A stretch of 64,000 nt of DNA from the NCBI GenBank assembly GCA_040285745.1, contig JAUFOR010000004.1, positions 1,240,001 to 1,304,000 of the forward strand, given 5' to 3'. This DNA comes from Barthelona sp. PCE. Lineage: Eukaryota. Position numbers and translations under genes: made by a program. Positions 9,467-21,000 of the stretch are shown piece by piece. Every line of letters begins with the position of its first letter. The first letter of the stretch is position 1. Under the pieces are notes generated by a model. That model made no database searches. It was not told where the DNA came from and saw only the letters and a list, made by a program, of their open reading frames with translations.

Positions 9467-12400
9467 ATGCCTTTTTTGCCGTATGAAATTGAAGACCTAG
9501 AACGGTTCTTCTTCAAAAGAGAAGACTTTTTAGCTTCTTTGACTCCCAGCACGGATGACTATTATTTTTGGAATATCCTTTCACTACAGCTCGATAACGA
9601 GAACGTCACCGAGAAGGAAACAGAACTTCTCGAACACGTAAAGGATAAATCGTCCAGAATGTATTCAGCATTTTATCAACGTGTCAAATATCGTGAATTC
9701 AACTCTGATCTGGACAAGTTCATCGAATTCTTCCAGCGTCAGTTCCCCGCATTCACCAAACCATCGTTCCAGGATATTGAAGATGTCAACGAGGTGCGCT
9801 ATCCAAGCACAATGACAGCCGTTGATCTTGAAAAGGAAGTTTGGCGTTTGGTCAGGCACAGACACACTATCAAACCCTTGGGCGCATTTATGCTCGCCAA
9901 GAACTTTAAGGTTGACGACGAACGCTACACCCGTCAAGTCATTGAACTTATTCTTCAGCAGCATTCTGCTCTTATGGAGAACAAGGTTGAACTTATTGCT
10001 CGCCACCTCAAGCTCAGCATCGAGGAAGAAAAGAGTATCAACCTGCGTGTCTTGGACACAATGACACTAGATGAGCTGAAGGAATTGCTCGATGTTCATG
10101 ATTCATATAAGTATGAAATTGCTCTTGTTGAATATATCTTTGCTAGAATCTATAACCCCGATCACACAGGTTGGGACATTGAGACTTTGGAGTCCTACGA
10201 AGTTGGTTCCCTCACTGCTTACGATATCGGTCTTAAGTATGCTGCGCTTTATGCAAAGCACGACCTCAATATGGAGATTACAATGGACGAGCTGGCCGCT
10301 TTCATCGCCACTGGTTGTGTCCGCGATGCCGGGCTCGCTGTCCGTAAGCAGGTTGGTGACCGTCATGTCACCGAGTTCGTTGTTCAAAACATTCGGTTTT
10401 TCGATTGCCTCCCAGTATCATCAATTGACTTGACTCTTATCGAGCACTGGGTTTTACGTGCCTTTATGAAGGACATTGCATACCCACGCGACAAGGATCA
10501 CTTCGGTGATGTGTGCATGGACTTCTTGGAGAAGGTACAGTTCCGCGCGACACTTTACATCGGTGGTGAGTACCAGAAATACCAGAAGTACGATCACCTG
10601 TTCCAATCTGAGATCAACCGTGAAACGTTCATGTTCTTGAAGAAACTCAATGAGCTTCCCGAATCCGAGGAGTCAATTACCATCCCTGTAATGATCAAGA
10701 ACATTCCAGAGCTTGAGGTGCGCGTCTACCATCTCAACTCTGAGCTCCTCGCCAAAGACGGTATCACCCCTTCCGTTGCGATGGATCTCTCAGGCTGGAT
10801 TCCGAACTCTGTCGATAAGTACTCATACGACACCCCCGCACACATCGTGCATGACGAGGAGTTCTCCTTCGATCTCCCCAAGCGTTGTTACCGCATCATT
10901 GACTTCGTCAGTAAGGACAAGTCATGGCGCATTCTCATTAAGAAGGGTCTCGTCTCCGTCAACGTGAAGCCTGACATCGACGGACAAGAGCTGACTGTCT
11001 TCGGCTCTGTACCCGAGAAGGTGCCTGTTAAGGTCCATCTCGGAACGACCGTCTATGACAGCAACGAAAGTAACGTTGTTGAGCTTCCCTTTATGTCATC
11101 CACGCGCTCCCAGCGTGTCAAACTCGAGATGGATGGATTCTGGCAGTTTATGGACGTGCAGCTGTACGGCGAAGACTTCAAGGTTGACAACGGTATCATT
11201 GCCATAGCCGAGACGCTGGTTCCTGGCTCAGAAGGCACTGTCCTCATCTACCCCACTCTCACCGCCCATGGTGTCCCCATCTCAACAAATGATATTATCA
11301 GTCGCAAGGCTGTCGTTGTTTGTCAGGGAGAATCTGTGTTTTCGAAGAGATATGATTTGGAAACTCCCGATCGCCTCGTTGAGCTCAAGTTCAACGTTCC
11401 CAGCGACACCTACAAAGTTTCTGTTTCTGTTGACACCGAGTATCAACTCCAGCGTAACGTTGGCACCCATAACGCACAACAGAGTTTTAATGTCCAGTGT
11501 GTCGTCCCCGAAAAGCTTCTTGGTCTTACAGTTGTTGGCGATATTAACGAATTTGTCCTTGAGTTGCGGTCTCCCACCGGTGATGCCGTTTCAAACGTTG
11601 AGCTGGATATTAAACTGAACTCTATGCTCTTGTCCGAACCTCACAGCGTCATCTTGTCAACTGATGATAACGGTCAAGTTCACCTCGGCGATCTCAGTGG
11701 TTTTGTTAACGTTGCCGTTAAGGATTACGGATTCTTCAACGTTCCACACCCGCGCACATCATGTATTGAGAAGGAGATCCGCACACTCGATGCCACAATT
11801 GATGTACCTTTCTCGGCCGCCGGAGATGCGCACAGCAGTGTTATTCTTATGAAGGCTAGTCGTCAAGGGAAGTTCGTTAATGCTATTGAAGTAGAAGTCG
11901 ATAGTGTCAACAAATGTGTTTCGATGGCTCTTGAGCCTGGACATTACATGCTTTTCATGTCTTCCGTCACAACAGCAGTCAAGTTACAGCATATACACGT
12001 GTATGCTGCTGCCGATCGCTTTGGTGAGTCGAGTTTTGTCTATGATCGTTTACGTAGCACTCTCTACCCTGTCACTTCATTCAGTTGTGGCACAGTTTCT
12101 GCTATTGAACGCCAGGCCGACGGTTCACTGAAGGTCTTCTCACTGTATAGCACAGCTTCAACCCGAGCCCATGTTTTGGCTTTCCCTCATCATGTACCAG
12201 CGGATGCCTTCGATCTTATGCTGAGTCGTATCCCCAAGCAGTACGAGCGCGAGGTGTCATTATCACGCACCAGCAAGGTGTCGTACACATCAGACCGCAT
12301 GCTTTCTTCCACTGAAATTTATGTAGCAGAACGTCGCAATCACGAGTTTAGATTGGGCGTCAACCTCTCCCATCCCACGATGCTTCTCCAACCAATGAAC

Positions 12401-15400
12401 GTGGGCACCGCCTCCAACGCTGCGGCCAAAGAATTTGATGGAACAAATTTTGAATGCGATGAGGATGAAGAATGTGAGGCACCTATGGAGTTGGAAAGAA
12501 TGTGTGTAATGGGTAAGAGGAGAAGAAGAGCCATGCCTGCCCGAGCACAAATGTATTCTCAAGGTCTAATTGACGGGTTGGACTTTTCAAGCACTATATG
12601 CCAAGCCCCTGGTGGAATGGGTGGTGGCGGTGCCAGTTCTAATGTTCGCCCTCTCCTTTCATATCTGAGCACTCCCAACAATATCATGCTCAATATCGAG
12701 ATCGATGATGAAGGTACATTCACTATCCCCGCTGATATCTTGAAGGACCAGCGTAACATTGTTATCGTGTTGGATGATTACAATAACAGTTTTGGTTTCG
12801 CACATTCTTACAGCATTCCCGATGTTCCCATCAATGCTGAGATACCTACACACCCCATTGAGCTGTTGGGTGAGGACTCTCTCGATTCTGAGAAGGCCTA
12901 CATCGATGCACTCCTGTGTGATACTACGCTCGAGCCACTACCATTCGGCACAAAGAACCGCGTTTACAAATCACTCACTGATCTCTGGATTTTGTTCCAG
13001 GATTCATTTGGAGCCAACGCTTTGAAGGAGTTCGAGTGGCTGACGGAAGACCTGACCGCAGAAGAGATGAAGGAGAAGTTGCACACGTACTGGTGCGACG
13101 AGGTTGCTTTCTTTATCATGCTTCAGCGCCCCGACCTCTTTGACACGTGTGTGCGCCCCTTCCTTCATCACAAACTGGATCGCAACATGCTCGAGAACAT
13201 TATGCTGTATCTTAACGATCGCGAGCATCTGGTTTCCATTTTGCAAAAGTATCGCGAGCCCACTTACAACAAAAAGCTGAGTATCTTCGAGCGTATTCTA
13301 CTTGTTGCTCTCACAGAGGAGGACATGACCGTCTACTCCAAGGATACTACCCACACTGGTGAGAAGAACAAGTGCTCGGCATCCCATTACGCATCTCTCT
13401 TTAACACCGCGCTCAACGCTGAGCCTCTGGATATCGCAGAGGAGCCCGAGCCCGAGCCCAATGAAGAAGAGCTATTTGATTCAGATCCAGAGTCTTCCGA
13501 GTACTCAGAATCTTCTGATGAGGAGGATGATGACCTGGAAGTTCTTAGAGATGAGATTTCATTTAACCTTCAAGAGATCAATTATTCACTAAGTGATATG
13601 ATTATGCCTTCTGCAGTGCCCATGATGGCGATGGAAAAGCTATGCGAAGAAGAAATGTCTTTGGGAATGTCGTTTGCTCCTCCACCTTGTGCTGCTCCTT
13701 TAGAAGAACGTTCTGTTCGGGCCCCTGCAAAGAAAAGCAAGAGTCGCAGATCTGAAAGCAAAATGGTTTCACGTAAGCGCGCTCCCAGTAAGAAGCCCGC
13801 TGCCGTATATCGTCCTATCGTTGCAACTAAGAAATACGTTGAGACTTCATGGTACAATATGGACAACAATGCCAGTCATGATGTGTTCCGCATCTCTCTC
13901 TTCTGGGGTGAGTTCGCCCAACACATGGCGAGCATTCCTTATGAGGACCGTTTCGATCCTCTTAACTGGAGCTTCAAGAGCGAGCATATTTTGAGACTCA
14001 TTGAGAGCACAATCAACTTCCACGAGCTTATCTTTGCGTTTGCTCTGTTTGATCTTTCAAGCAACGTTTTCTGTCGCTTCTATAGATCATTCGGTGAAGT
14101 TCCCGTTACAGATTCCGTGGACCATATCGTTATCAGACAGCAAATCTTTGATCCGACGAAGAAGGACCCCACCACTGGCTTGGCATTGCCTGCTGGTAAA
14201 GAGTTGTTGATCAATCACATATATACGTGCGAGATCATTTGCTTCAATCTTTCTTCAGTTTCACAGTCTATTTCTGTATTGCGCCAGGTGCCACGTGGTG
14301 CCGTCGCCTTGGATCTGAAGAATACATTCTCCGATCATGTCACGATCAGACCGTTCCAGGCGAGCAAAGTTTCGTACCGCTTCTTCATTCCTCGCATCTG
14401 TGATTTTTACATGTTCCCCGCCACCGTGTGCAAGCTCACTGATTTCCTGGGTAAGGCTGACGTTTTGACCAGGTCCATCGTCAAGACCTACACGGTTGTC
14501 GATGTTGAATCATGGAGGCGTGTTTCCGTTAAGGGTTCGCTGGACGATGTCTGCTCCTTCCTTAAGAACAAGTACGTTGCTCCGAGTGAGTATAATTACT
14601 GCTACTGGCGCGTCAATGACTCGGCTGAGGCATTCGAGCGTATAACTACAATCGTAATTGAGAATGGCGTGAATGACACTGATCTTCTCAAGATGTCCTT
14701 TAAATACAAGCACGCTCGCTTTATGCGTTTATACTTCAAGCATAAGCGCCCTGACGCCAACATGCTACTCAGAGTCTTTAAGTGTGACGGTTTTGAGATC
14801 AGCCATCCTGCATACCGCTTCCAGGAATTCGAGCCATACGTCACCCAGCGAGTTTTCAGTCTGGGCGACTACTGGCAATCCCAGGAAGTCAGGAACAAGT
14901 ACGTTGAGACGCTTGAGCTGTTGGTTATGAGCCCGAAGCCTGACCCGATCCTTTGTGTGTACGCTGCGTACTATATGCTCCTCGTTGAGCGTTTTGCTGA
15001 CGCCCAAAAGTACATGGCGCGTGTTCCAGATGAGCACGACACACCGTTCACTGATTTGATTCGTGCCTATCTCGATGTCATCAACGGCGACCTCACAGTT
15101 GCACGCGAGCTCGTCAAGAAGCACGAGGACGTCACGCATCTGCGCCTGAAGCCTCACTTTAAGGAGATCGATCTTTTGATCAGAGAACTTGATGGTGAGG
15201 ATGTGTCTAAGTACCAGACCGTTGAAACCTTTGAGAAGGACGACCACATGGCTCACAGATCACGCCAGCAGGAGATTGGACTCATTGAGGAGACTGCAAA
15301 GTACCTCAATCTGAAGGCCGGTAAGAATTGCGTCACGATTGACAGCGATTTCGAGGCAGTCAGTCTCTTGTTCTATCCTCTGGAGGCTGAGATCCTCTTC

Positions 15401-15835
15401 TCCAACAAGCCGTTCGATATTAACGATGCCACGCGCAAACCGTTAATTTCGCCTGCCGTTACTTTGGAAACCACCGAAAAGCGCGTCCCCATCCCTGAGG
15501 AGATCTCCAACAACTCTGTAATTGTGGAGGCACGCGGTAGCGGCGTCTCAAAGCGCGTTATCGTCCATCCTGCCAAGTTCGACGTTGAACTTCGTCAAAA
15601 GGCCGGTATTCTCGTCGCCAAGCTTGATGGTGCACCTCTGCCTCGTCTTTACTGCAAGGTTTACAAGAACCCAGGTGCCGGCTTCCTCAAGGACGGCTAC
15701 ACCGATCGCCGTGGTGCGTTCGACTACTTCAGTGTTTCCACTGGTGATCCGAAGTCCATCAAACGCCTCAGTGTGTTTGTTTGGAGCCCCGACCATGGCC
15801 ATGCTATCGTGGAGGCTAAACCGCCCACGATGTAA
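9467..15835 (+). CDS. Very large uncharacterised protein (2122 aa) with beta-sandwich (macroglobulin-like) regions and C-terminal KDGYTDRRGAFDY motif
   Basis: Uninterrupted 6.4 kb ORF with C/G-ending codon bias; motifs STDDNGQVHLGDL and FLKDGYTDRRGAFDY. Function not assignable. Confidence 0.8.
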   Translation: MPFLPYEIEDLERFFFKREDFLASLTPSTDDYYFWNILSLQLDNENVTEKETELLEHVKDKSSRMYSAFYQRVKYREFNSDLDKFIEFFQRQFPAFTKPSFQDIEDVNEVRYPSTMTAVDLEKEVWRLVRHRHTIKPLGAFMLAKNFKVDDERYTRQVIELILQQHSALMENKVELIARHLKLSIEEEKSINLRVLDTMTLDELKELLDVHDSYKYEIALVEYIFARIYNPDHTGWDIETLESYEVGSLTAYDIGLKYAALYAKHDLNMEITMDELAAFIATGCVRDAGLAVRKQVGDRHVTEFVVQNIRFFDCLPVSSIDLTLIEHWVLRAFMKDIAYPRDKDHFGDVCMDFLEKVQFRATLYIGGEYQKYQKYDHLFQSEINRETFMFLKKLNELPESEESITIPVMIKNIPELEVRVYHLNSELLAKDGITPSVAMDLSGWIPNSVDKYSYDTPAHIVHDEEFSFDLPKRCYRIIDFVSKDKSWRILIKKGLVSVNVKPDIDGQELTVFGSVPEKVPVKVHLGTTVYDSNESNVVELPFMSSTRSQRVKLEMDGFWQFMDVQLYGEDFKVDNGIIAIAETLVPGSEGTVLIYPTLTAHGVPISTNDIISRKAVVVCQGESVFSKRYDLETPDRLVELKFNVPSDTYKVSVSVDTEYQLQRNVGTHNAQQSFNVQCVVPEKLLGLTVVGDINEFVLELRSPTGDAVSNVELDIKLNSMLLSEPHSVILSTDDNGQVHLGDLSGFVNVAVKDYGFFNVPHPRTSCIEKEIRTLDATIDVPFSAAGDAHSSVILMKASRQGKFVNAIEVEVDSVNKCVSMALEPGHYMLFMSSVTTAVKLQHIHVYAAADRFGESSFVYDRLRSTLYPVTSFSCGTVSAIERQADGSLKVFSLYSTASTRAHVLAFPHHVPADAFDLMLSRIPKQYEREVSLSRTSKVSYTSDRMLSSTEIYVAERRNHEFRLGVNLSHPTMLLQPMNVGTASNAAAKEFDGTNFECDEDEECEAPMELERMCVMGKRRRRAMPARAQMYSQGLIDGLDFSSTICQAPGGMGGGGASSNVRPLLSYLSTPNNIMLNIEIDDEGTFTIPADILKDQRNIVIVLDDYNNSFGFAHSYSIPDVPINAEIPTHPIELLGEDSLDSEKAYIDALLCDTTLEPLPFGTKNRVYKSLTDLWILFQDSFGANALKEFEWLTEDLTAEEMKEKLHTYWCDEVAFFIMLQRPDLFDTCVRPFLHHKLDRNMLENIMLYLNDREHLVSILQKYREPTYNKKLSIFERILLVALTEEDMTVYSKDTTHTGEKNKCSASHYASLFNTALNAEPLDIAEEPEPEPNEEELFDSDPESSEYSESSDEEDDDLEVLRDEISFNLQEINYSLSDMIMPSAVPMMAMEKLCEEEMSLGMSFAPPPCAAPLEERSVRAPAKKSKSRRSESKMVSRKRAPSKKPAAVYRPIVATKKYVETSWYNMDNNASHDVFRISLFWGEFAQHMASIPYEDRFDPLNWSFKSEHILRLIESTINFHELIFAFALFDLSSNVFCRFYRSFGEVPVTDSVDHIVIRQQIFDPTKKDPTTGLALPAGKELLINHIYTCEIICFNLSSVSQSISVLRQVPRGAVALDLKNTFSDHVTIRPFQASKVSYRFFIPRICDFYMFPATVCKLTDFLGKADVLTRSIVKTYTVVDVESWRRVSVKGSLDDVCSFLKNKYVAPSEYNYCYWRVNDSAEAFERITTIVIENGVNDTDLLKMSFKYKHARFMRLYFKHKRPDANMLLRVFKCDGFEISHPAYRFQEFEPYVTQRVFSLGDYWQSQEVRNKYVETLELLVMSPKPDPILCVYAAYYMLLVERFADAQKYMARVPDEHDTPFTDLIRAYLDVINGDLTVARELVKKHEDVTHLRLKPHFKEIDLLIRELDGEDVSKYQTVETFEKDDHMAHRSRQQEIGLIEETAKYLNLKAGKNCVTIDSDFEAVSLLFYPLEAEILFSNKPFDINDATRKPLISPAVTLETTEKRVPIPEEISNNSVIVEARGSGVSKRVIVHPAKFDVELRQKAGILVAKLDGAPLPRLYCKVYKNPGAGFLKDGYTDRRGAFDYFSVSTGDPKSIKRLSVFVWSPDHGHAIVEAKPPTM

Positions 15836-15895
15836 TGTCTTTATAAATAAATTGTTTCGAATTTTTTTTTTACTAGAATCAACAGTATCGAAGGC

Positions 15896-17671
15896 TTAAG
15901 AAGGCTCATTTCCCTTGCTAAAGATGTCATTGAACTCAGAAAACTTGTCCATAAAGCTTTTAAATGCTGAATACATCTCAGTTTGTGCAAAATCTCTGCA
16001 TTTTTGATAAACATCAAAGTAAACATCCAACTTCTGCAGTTCCTCCAGTTTCCCAGCATATTCTTGCTCATATGACACTTTAAAAGCGAGATGCTGTTCA
16101 GCCATATCAGCGAAACGCGATGCAAAAGTTGAGCTCAAGGTGTCGCTTAACTCAAATTCTTGAACAATACCATCAATTTTCTTAACAAATCCCATAGCCT
16201 TCTCCAGCTCGCATATGCTCTGCTTTATGGTTATTTCTTCCGGGGTTAATGAAAAATTAAAGAAAGACTCCGGTGATACATCAAGTTCATGCAATGCGGA
16301 AGCACATTGGTCAACGTTAGTTAACAATGTAGAGTACTCTTCCTTAACGGAATCGGGGACGTAATGGGCCAGAGCAGCCAATGCAACCTGTAACTTCAAC
16401 GCATTCTCATTGGTCTCTAATCTCAACTCTTCAGTCTCTGCCTCCTCACCTTTTTTTGACTTCGAGTCTTCAATGATTCCATCCGCTATGCCCTTTGTAA
16501 TACTTCCAAACCCATTCGCTTTGCGCCACTCCACATGCATAAACCTGCCATCATCCAACTTAACATTGAACATCCAGTGTCCATCCTTCATATGACCGGA
16601 TATAACGCGCATTTTTGAAACTCTCACAATGGTTGCGTTGTTTAGCTCATGAAAAACGCAAGAAAATCTGGATATGAAAGCCACTTTCCATGAATAGAAC
16701 ACCACATAACCGCATTTATAGGGCTCAACATGTAAGATGGAATCGTATGGAATTATTGATCCACAATAACATAAAAGGGAACCTAATGGCGTTTTGCACA
16801 CTATCAAATCATTATAATCATCGTTAAAAACTCTATACATTACAGAAGGGCCTGTACAGAATGAAGGCACATTAGTAACGTTCTTGTCTGCAATATCGTA
16901 AACCTTTGACATTGCAAATTCCGATTCCAAAATGTAGTGCTTTTGGTTTCGTGAAATGTACACCGATTGAACTCTCTCTGCTCTTGAATATTCAATGGTT
17001 GCGCGGTTTCGTCGATCATACAAATATAAATGATCATCTCCAATTACAACGTATTTTGAAGATATGTCACATGAAATGATTCTTTTTGCAAAACTTACTC
17101 TTTTTTCAAAATCCTGTTTTACCTCATTATTAGCATCTATAAGTCTGAAATACCTTTTAGAATCAACAGTTACACACCTCAAAAAGAATATTTCACCATT
17201 ATACTGCTCCGCTGCAATTTCACCTTCAATTGTCAATATAGCTTCGATCTTGCCGTGAGCAAACTTGTGTATTAATTCAGCTTCTGCTTCCTTAATAAAG
17301 AGAGCCTCAGAATTAACCCAGCAATTGCTTCCATCTTCAAAGGTAACATTCGAGATTAAACTTTGCGAGCTTATGCTGTGTACATGGTAGTCATCACCGT
17401 CCTTAAATGCCAGAAATTGTCCGTCAAAACTCAAACAACCATATTCAACCTCCGAATTGATAGATATGTTGTAAATCTCTTTCAATGACGGAATACTAAA
17501 TACGCGGATGTGACTAGTGTGCACCGTGGCCAACAGGAATTCGTCTTTTGATGTCCAAGATACATCGGTGTAAGGTTCTGCAGATATAACGAAATCCTCT
17601 TCCTCTTTCGCTTTTCTGTTAAAACGCGTCACATAAGCGAGCCCGTCTTTGTTTTTAAATGCCCTCACCAT
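15896..17671 (-). CDS. MVRAFKN family copy 1 (591 aa): predicted beta-propeller plus coiled coil, no effector domains
   Basis: WD40-like strand patterns (VSWTSKDEFLLATV, LSFDGQFLAF, VYIS..KH) and a helical C-terminal half; paralogous to 18012-22179, 23130-27310 and 54742-56628. Confidence 0.75.
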   Translation of the reverse strand: MVRAFKNKDGLAYVTRFNRKAKEEEDFVISAEPYTDVSWTSKDEFLLATVHTSHIRVFSIPSLKEIYNISINSEVEYGCLSFDGQFLAFKDGDDYHVHSISSQSLISNVTFEDGSNCWVNSEALFIKEAEAELIHKFAHGKIEAILTIEGEIAAEQYNGEIFFLRCVTVDSKRYFRLIDANNEVKQDFEKRVSFAKRIISCDISSKYVVIGDDHLYLYDRRNRATIEYSRAERVQSVYISRNQKHYILESEFAMSKVYDIADKNVTNVPSFCTGPSVMYRVFNDDYNDLIVCKTPLGSLLCYCGSIIPYDSILHVEPYKCGYVVFYSWKVAFISRFSCVFHELNNATIVRVSKMRVISGHMKDGHWMFNVKLDDGRFMHVEWRKANGFGSITKGIADGIIEDSKSKKGEEAETEELRLETNENALKLQVALAALAHYVPDSVKEEYSTLLTNVDQCASALHELDVSPESFFNFSLTPEEITIKQSICELEKAMGFVKKIDGIVQEFELSDTLSSTFASRFADMAEQHLAFKVSYEQEYAGKLEELQKLDVYFDVYQKCRDFAQTEMYSAFKSFMDKFSEFNDIFSKGNEPS

Positions 17672-17874
17672 TATTTGTTAGTGTAATTAGCAGAAATGCT
17701 ATAACAAAAGAAAGGAGTGAAAATATAAAGTGGTGATTTCTCTGTTGCTGTCCATGATATACTTATCACAACCGTATTTATATCAATAATCTCATTCCAC
17801 TAAGACTTTCTGCTGTACAGGCCAGAAAATTGACCCTGCGTAACATAAACCCTTTACTATTATTCAGCAACCAT
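17672..17874 (-). promoter_or_regulatory. ~200 bp upstream/promoter segment repeated before family copies 1-3 (also 22180-22382 and 27311-27513)
   Basis: Near-identical sequence in three places, each containing the last codons of the SPRY gene (ATGGTTGCTGAATAA = MVAE*). Promoter role inferred from position only. Confidence 0.55.
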
Positions 17875-18011
17875 TCAATGAAGGAATACTGAACACGTGG
17901 ATTTGATTCATGTACTGTAGTCACTACTTTACCTTATTTCGACACAAAAAACGTACCTGTATACTTTTCAAAAGAATTATGTCAGAAATAAGAAATGCCA
18001 AAACAAATGTT

Positions 18012-21000
18012 CTACTGGAACTGCTGCATGCGTTCCTGCACCTGCTCGAGGGTGACCTGCTGCACTTGAGCTACTTCACAAATGCCGTAGTGCCCGCAAT
18101 TGTCCGTTGAGAGACACGAGAAGCAGAACTCATGGGCACATGTCATGCATGCCATGCTCTTACATCCGCTGCTGTGTTCTATGGGCGTCAGACAGTTCGG
18201 GCAGACGCGTACAGACGGAACATTGTGAATCTGGTTGAACTCGATGGTAATCAAGGGTGCGTTCTGCAGACGGTTGTTGAGCTCATCAACATCCTCTTGC
18301 ATCCACTGTGAGAGGCGCTGTATGATCAAGAGCTTGAATTCGTTCGGGAGGATGCCGCGGATAGCGAGCGGTAATCCCTCGCGAACACGCATGACATTGT
18401 TGGGTAGTCTTAATGTATGGTCACAAAGAGCAACCGATGGTAGCATCGTGTCGTCAGGCTGCAGGATGACGGTGAATGAGTCAAGTTCTGGTGAGCCGTT
18501 GAGCCAGTACACGAACTGGAGCATTTCGAAAGAGTTGAATCCATGCAGCAGCTCGTCGAGAACATCACGCACGTTGGTGGGTACACCATCTTCGAATTCC
18601 AAGGTGGTAAGCACCTGCTCGGCGGTGAAGCGTGGCGGGCCGCACATCATAGATTTGACTTCAGCGAACGTGAGCGTGACGCCAAGCTGAGATATTAGCT
18701 CATTCCCGTTGAATGCAGCGTTCACCCTCTTTGACAGCTCAGCCCATGGTCCTGAGACCATGTCTCGGGCGATCTGCAAGAAGGCATTTATGTTTTCAGC
18801 AGTAACCAACTTGTCCTCACCACCGAAGCAGCTGAAGTTCAGGCCCTCGTGATTCAGCATGTTAAGGATGTATGCCGATTCGGTCACGAACACCCTATCA
18901 AAAACAGCTGCATCAGAAAGCTTGTCGAAGTCTCTGCTGAGCGCGTTGAGGACGAAATGGCCAACTTGCACGTCGTCAACAGGTGTATGGAATACGAAGC
19001 AGCAGTAAAGGAACCCGCACATGGCCTCGATGAGGTCATCGGATGCATCCGCATCAAAACTAGGCAATGCCCGATGCTCAAAGATGTGATCCACGAATTG
19101 AGGAATTGAGAGCTTCTCCATACCATGCATCATGACAGAAGCGCCGAAGTGTTCAATCCCATTCATGAAAGAACTGGCATTACTGAAAATCCGCACGAAA
19201 AATTGGTCAAAATGTTCTTCCTGCACGAATTCCATCAAGCTTGCCTCACGCTCGTTGTCGCGCAAAAGCGCCTGCTTTGTGACGACGAACTGGTTGATTT
19301 GGCGGCGGATGAGCGCGAGGCGGTCCTGCGCTACGGATGCAACGGTGCGCCACTCGTTGCAACTCAGCTCGTATATCGAGGGTCTAAAACGAGAATCGTG
19401 TGCTTGGCAGCGCTGAATGATTTCAGAGTGTGCACAATCATCGCGTAAAACCAAATTCGAAACGTCTGTTCTGTTTTGAGCATAAATATACGAAATTGTT
19501 TTTCCAAGAGCAAAAATGTCGCTCAAAAACGTGTGAGGCTGGCCTTCTGTTACCTCACGTGCTATGTAACCAAACGTTCCTACAATTGTATTACCTCCCA
19601 TAGTTTGTGAGTTATCAATGCTGACGCCAAAGTCGCACAGCTTAATCTTGGGGTTTGATGCATCCTCGCCACAATAAACAAGAACGTTCTGCGGTTTGAG
19701 ATCCCTCAAAATAATACCGTTGGCGTGCATCATGAACACAGCCATCACGAGCTGGTGAGCCACACTGTTCCTCGTCGAAATATCAAGATCGGGGAATGCG
19801 CTCAAAAACTGCTCAAGATCGTAGGGTGCGCGTTCAAGCTCTAGACATACGAATTTGACAGTTGTGGAGCCCTTTTCATTTCAGGCACAAGTACGACATT
19901 CTTGAGTGATACGACACATGGGTAAAGCTTTGTTAGAACACGTAGCTCCCTTCGCAGTGCTTTTTTTTAAGATTCATGTCTCTGTCGCCCCTAAACCTTT
20001 CGGAGACACATATACACTTGATGAACAGATCATCCCTTACCAACGTGTCGTTCTGCAATCCAATTTCCTCCAGATCGCCGTTTAGATAGTTATCGTAACT
20101 GATGATCTTTGGAACAGAGGGAAACCTGATGGAAGACAGTCGCAGCTCCACCAGTGTGCTGTTGAGGTTGACGGCGAGAGAAAACTCACAAATTGTATCT
20201 TTCAATTGTTTAGCGTTTGATTCGACTATATCAAGCAGATGAGCCTTGGCATCCACGAAATGGGCACCTGTATACTCGGAGATATCCGAATGATGACGAT
20301 CCAGCTGCTCTTGAAGCGAATAGATGAGATCAAAATCAATGGTGACGTCAACCTCCTCATGCGCGACCTGTGCCTCTCTGAATTCCTTAACACGTTCTCC
20401 AATCTCGTTTGACTGGCTGACGATACTTTTCAAAGCCTTATTCTTGTCCTTAAAACTGATGAGCGCAGAGTACACTTCAGTCAGTTGAAGTTCAACACAC
20501 TTATCGAAAATCTTAAAGTAATCATCCAAACCTTGCAGATCGCTTAATTTGAGCGAATACGCACTCTCATTCAGCACCTTAGCAATGGGAAACTGTGCTA
20601 CCAAATCAGAAAACTTGGCACAAAAAGTGTTTGATAAAGAACCGCCCAACTCAAACTCCACAATGATGCTTTCCAGTGAATGTACGTAGTCAATAGCCAG
20701 CTCCAGCTCACCCAAATGCTGATCAAAAGTCTGCACCTTAGGGTTGGAAGACATCCACTTAAAGAACGGGCCGAGTGGCATTTCAAGCTGACGGATAGCG
20801 GCAGCACAATCATCAACATACTTCGTTAACTCACTGTATTCCTTGTTACCCGAATTGGGTACCAACTGACTCAGTGTATCAAAAGTTACCTGGAACTTCA
20901 TGTCCATCTCAGATTTCTGCCTTTCAAATTTTGTGTCCAATTCCAACTTCTGTTCACTGATTCTGGAGTACAATTCACTAATCTCAATCTCAGTATCTAT

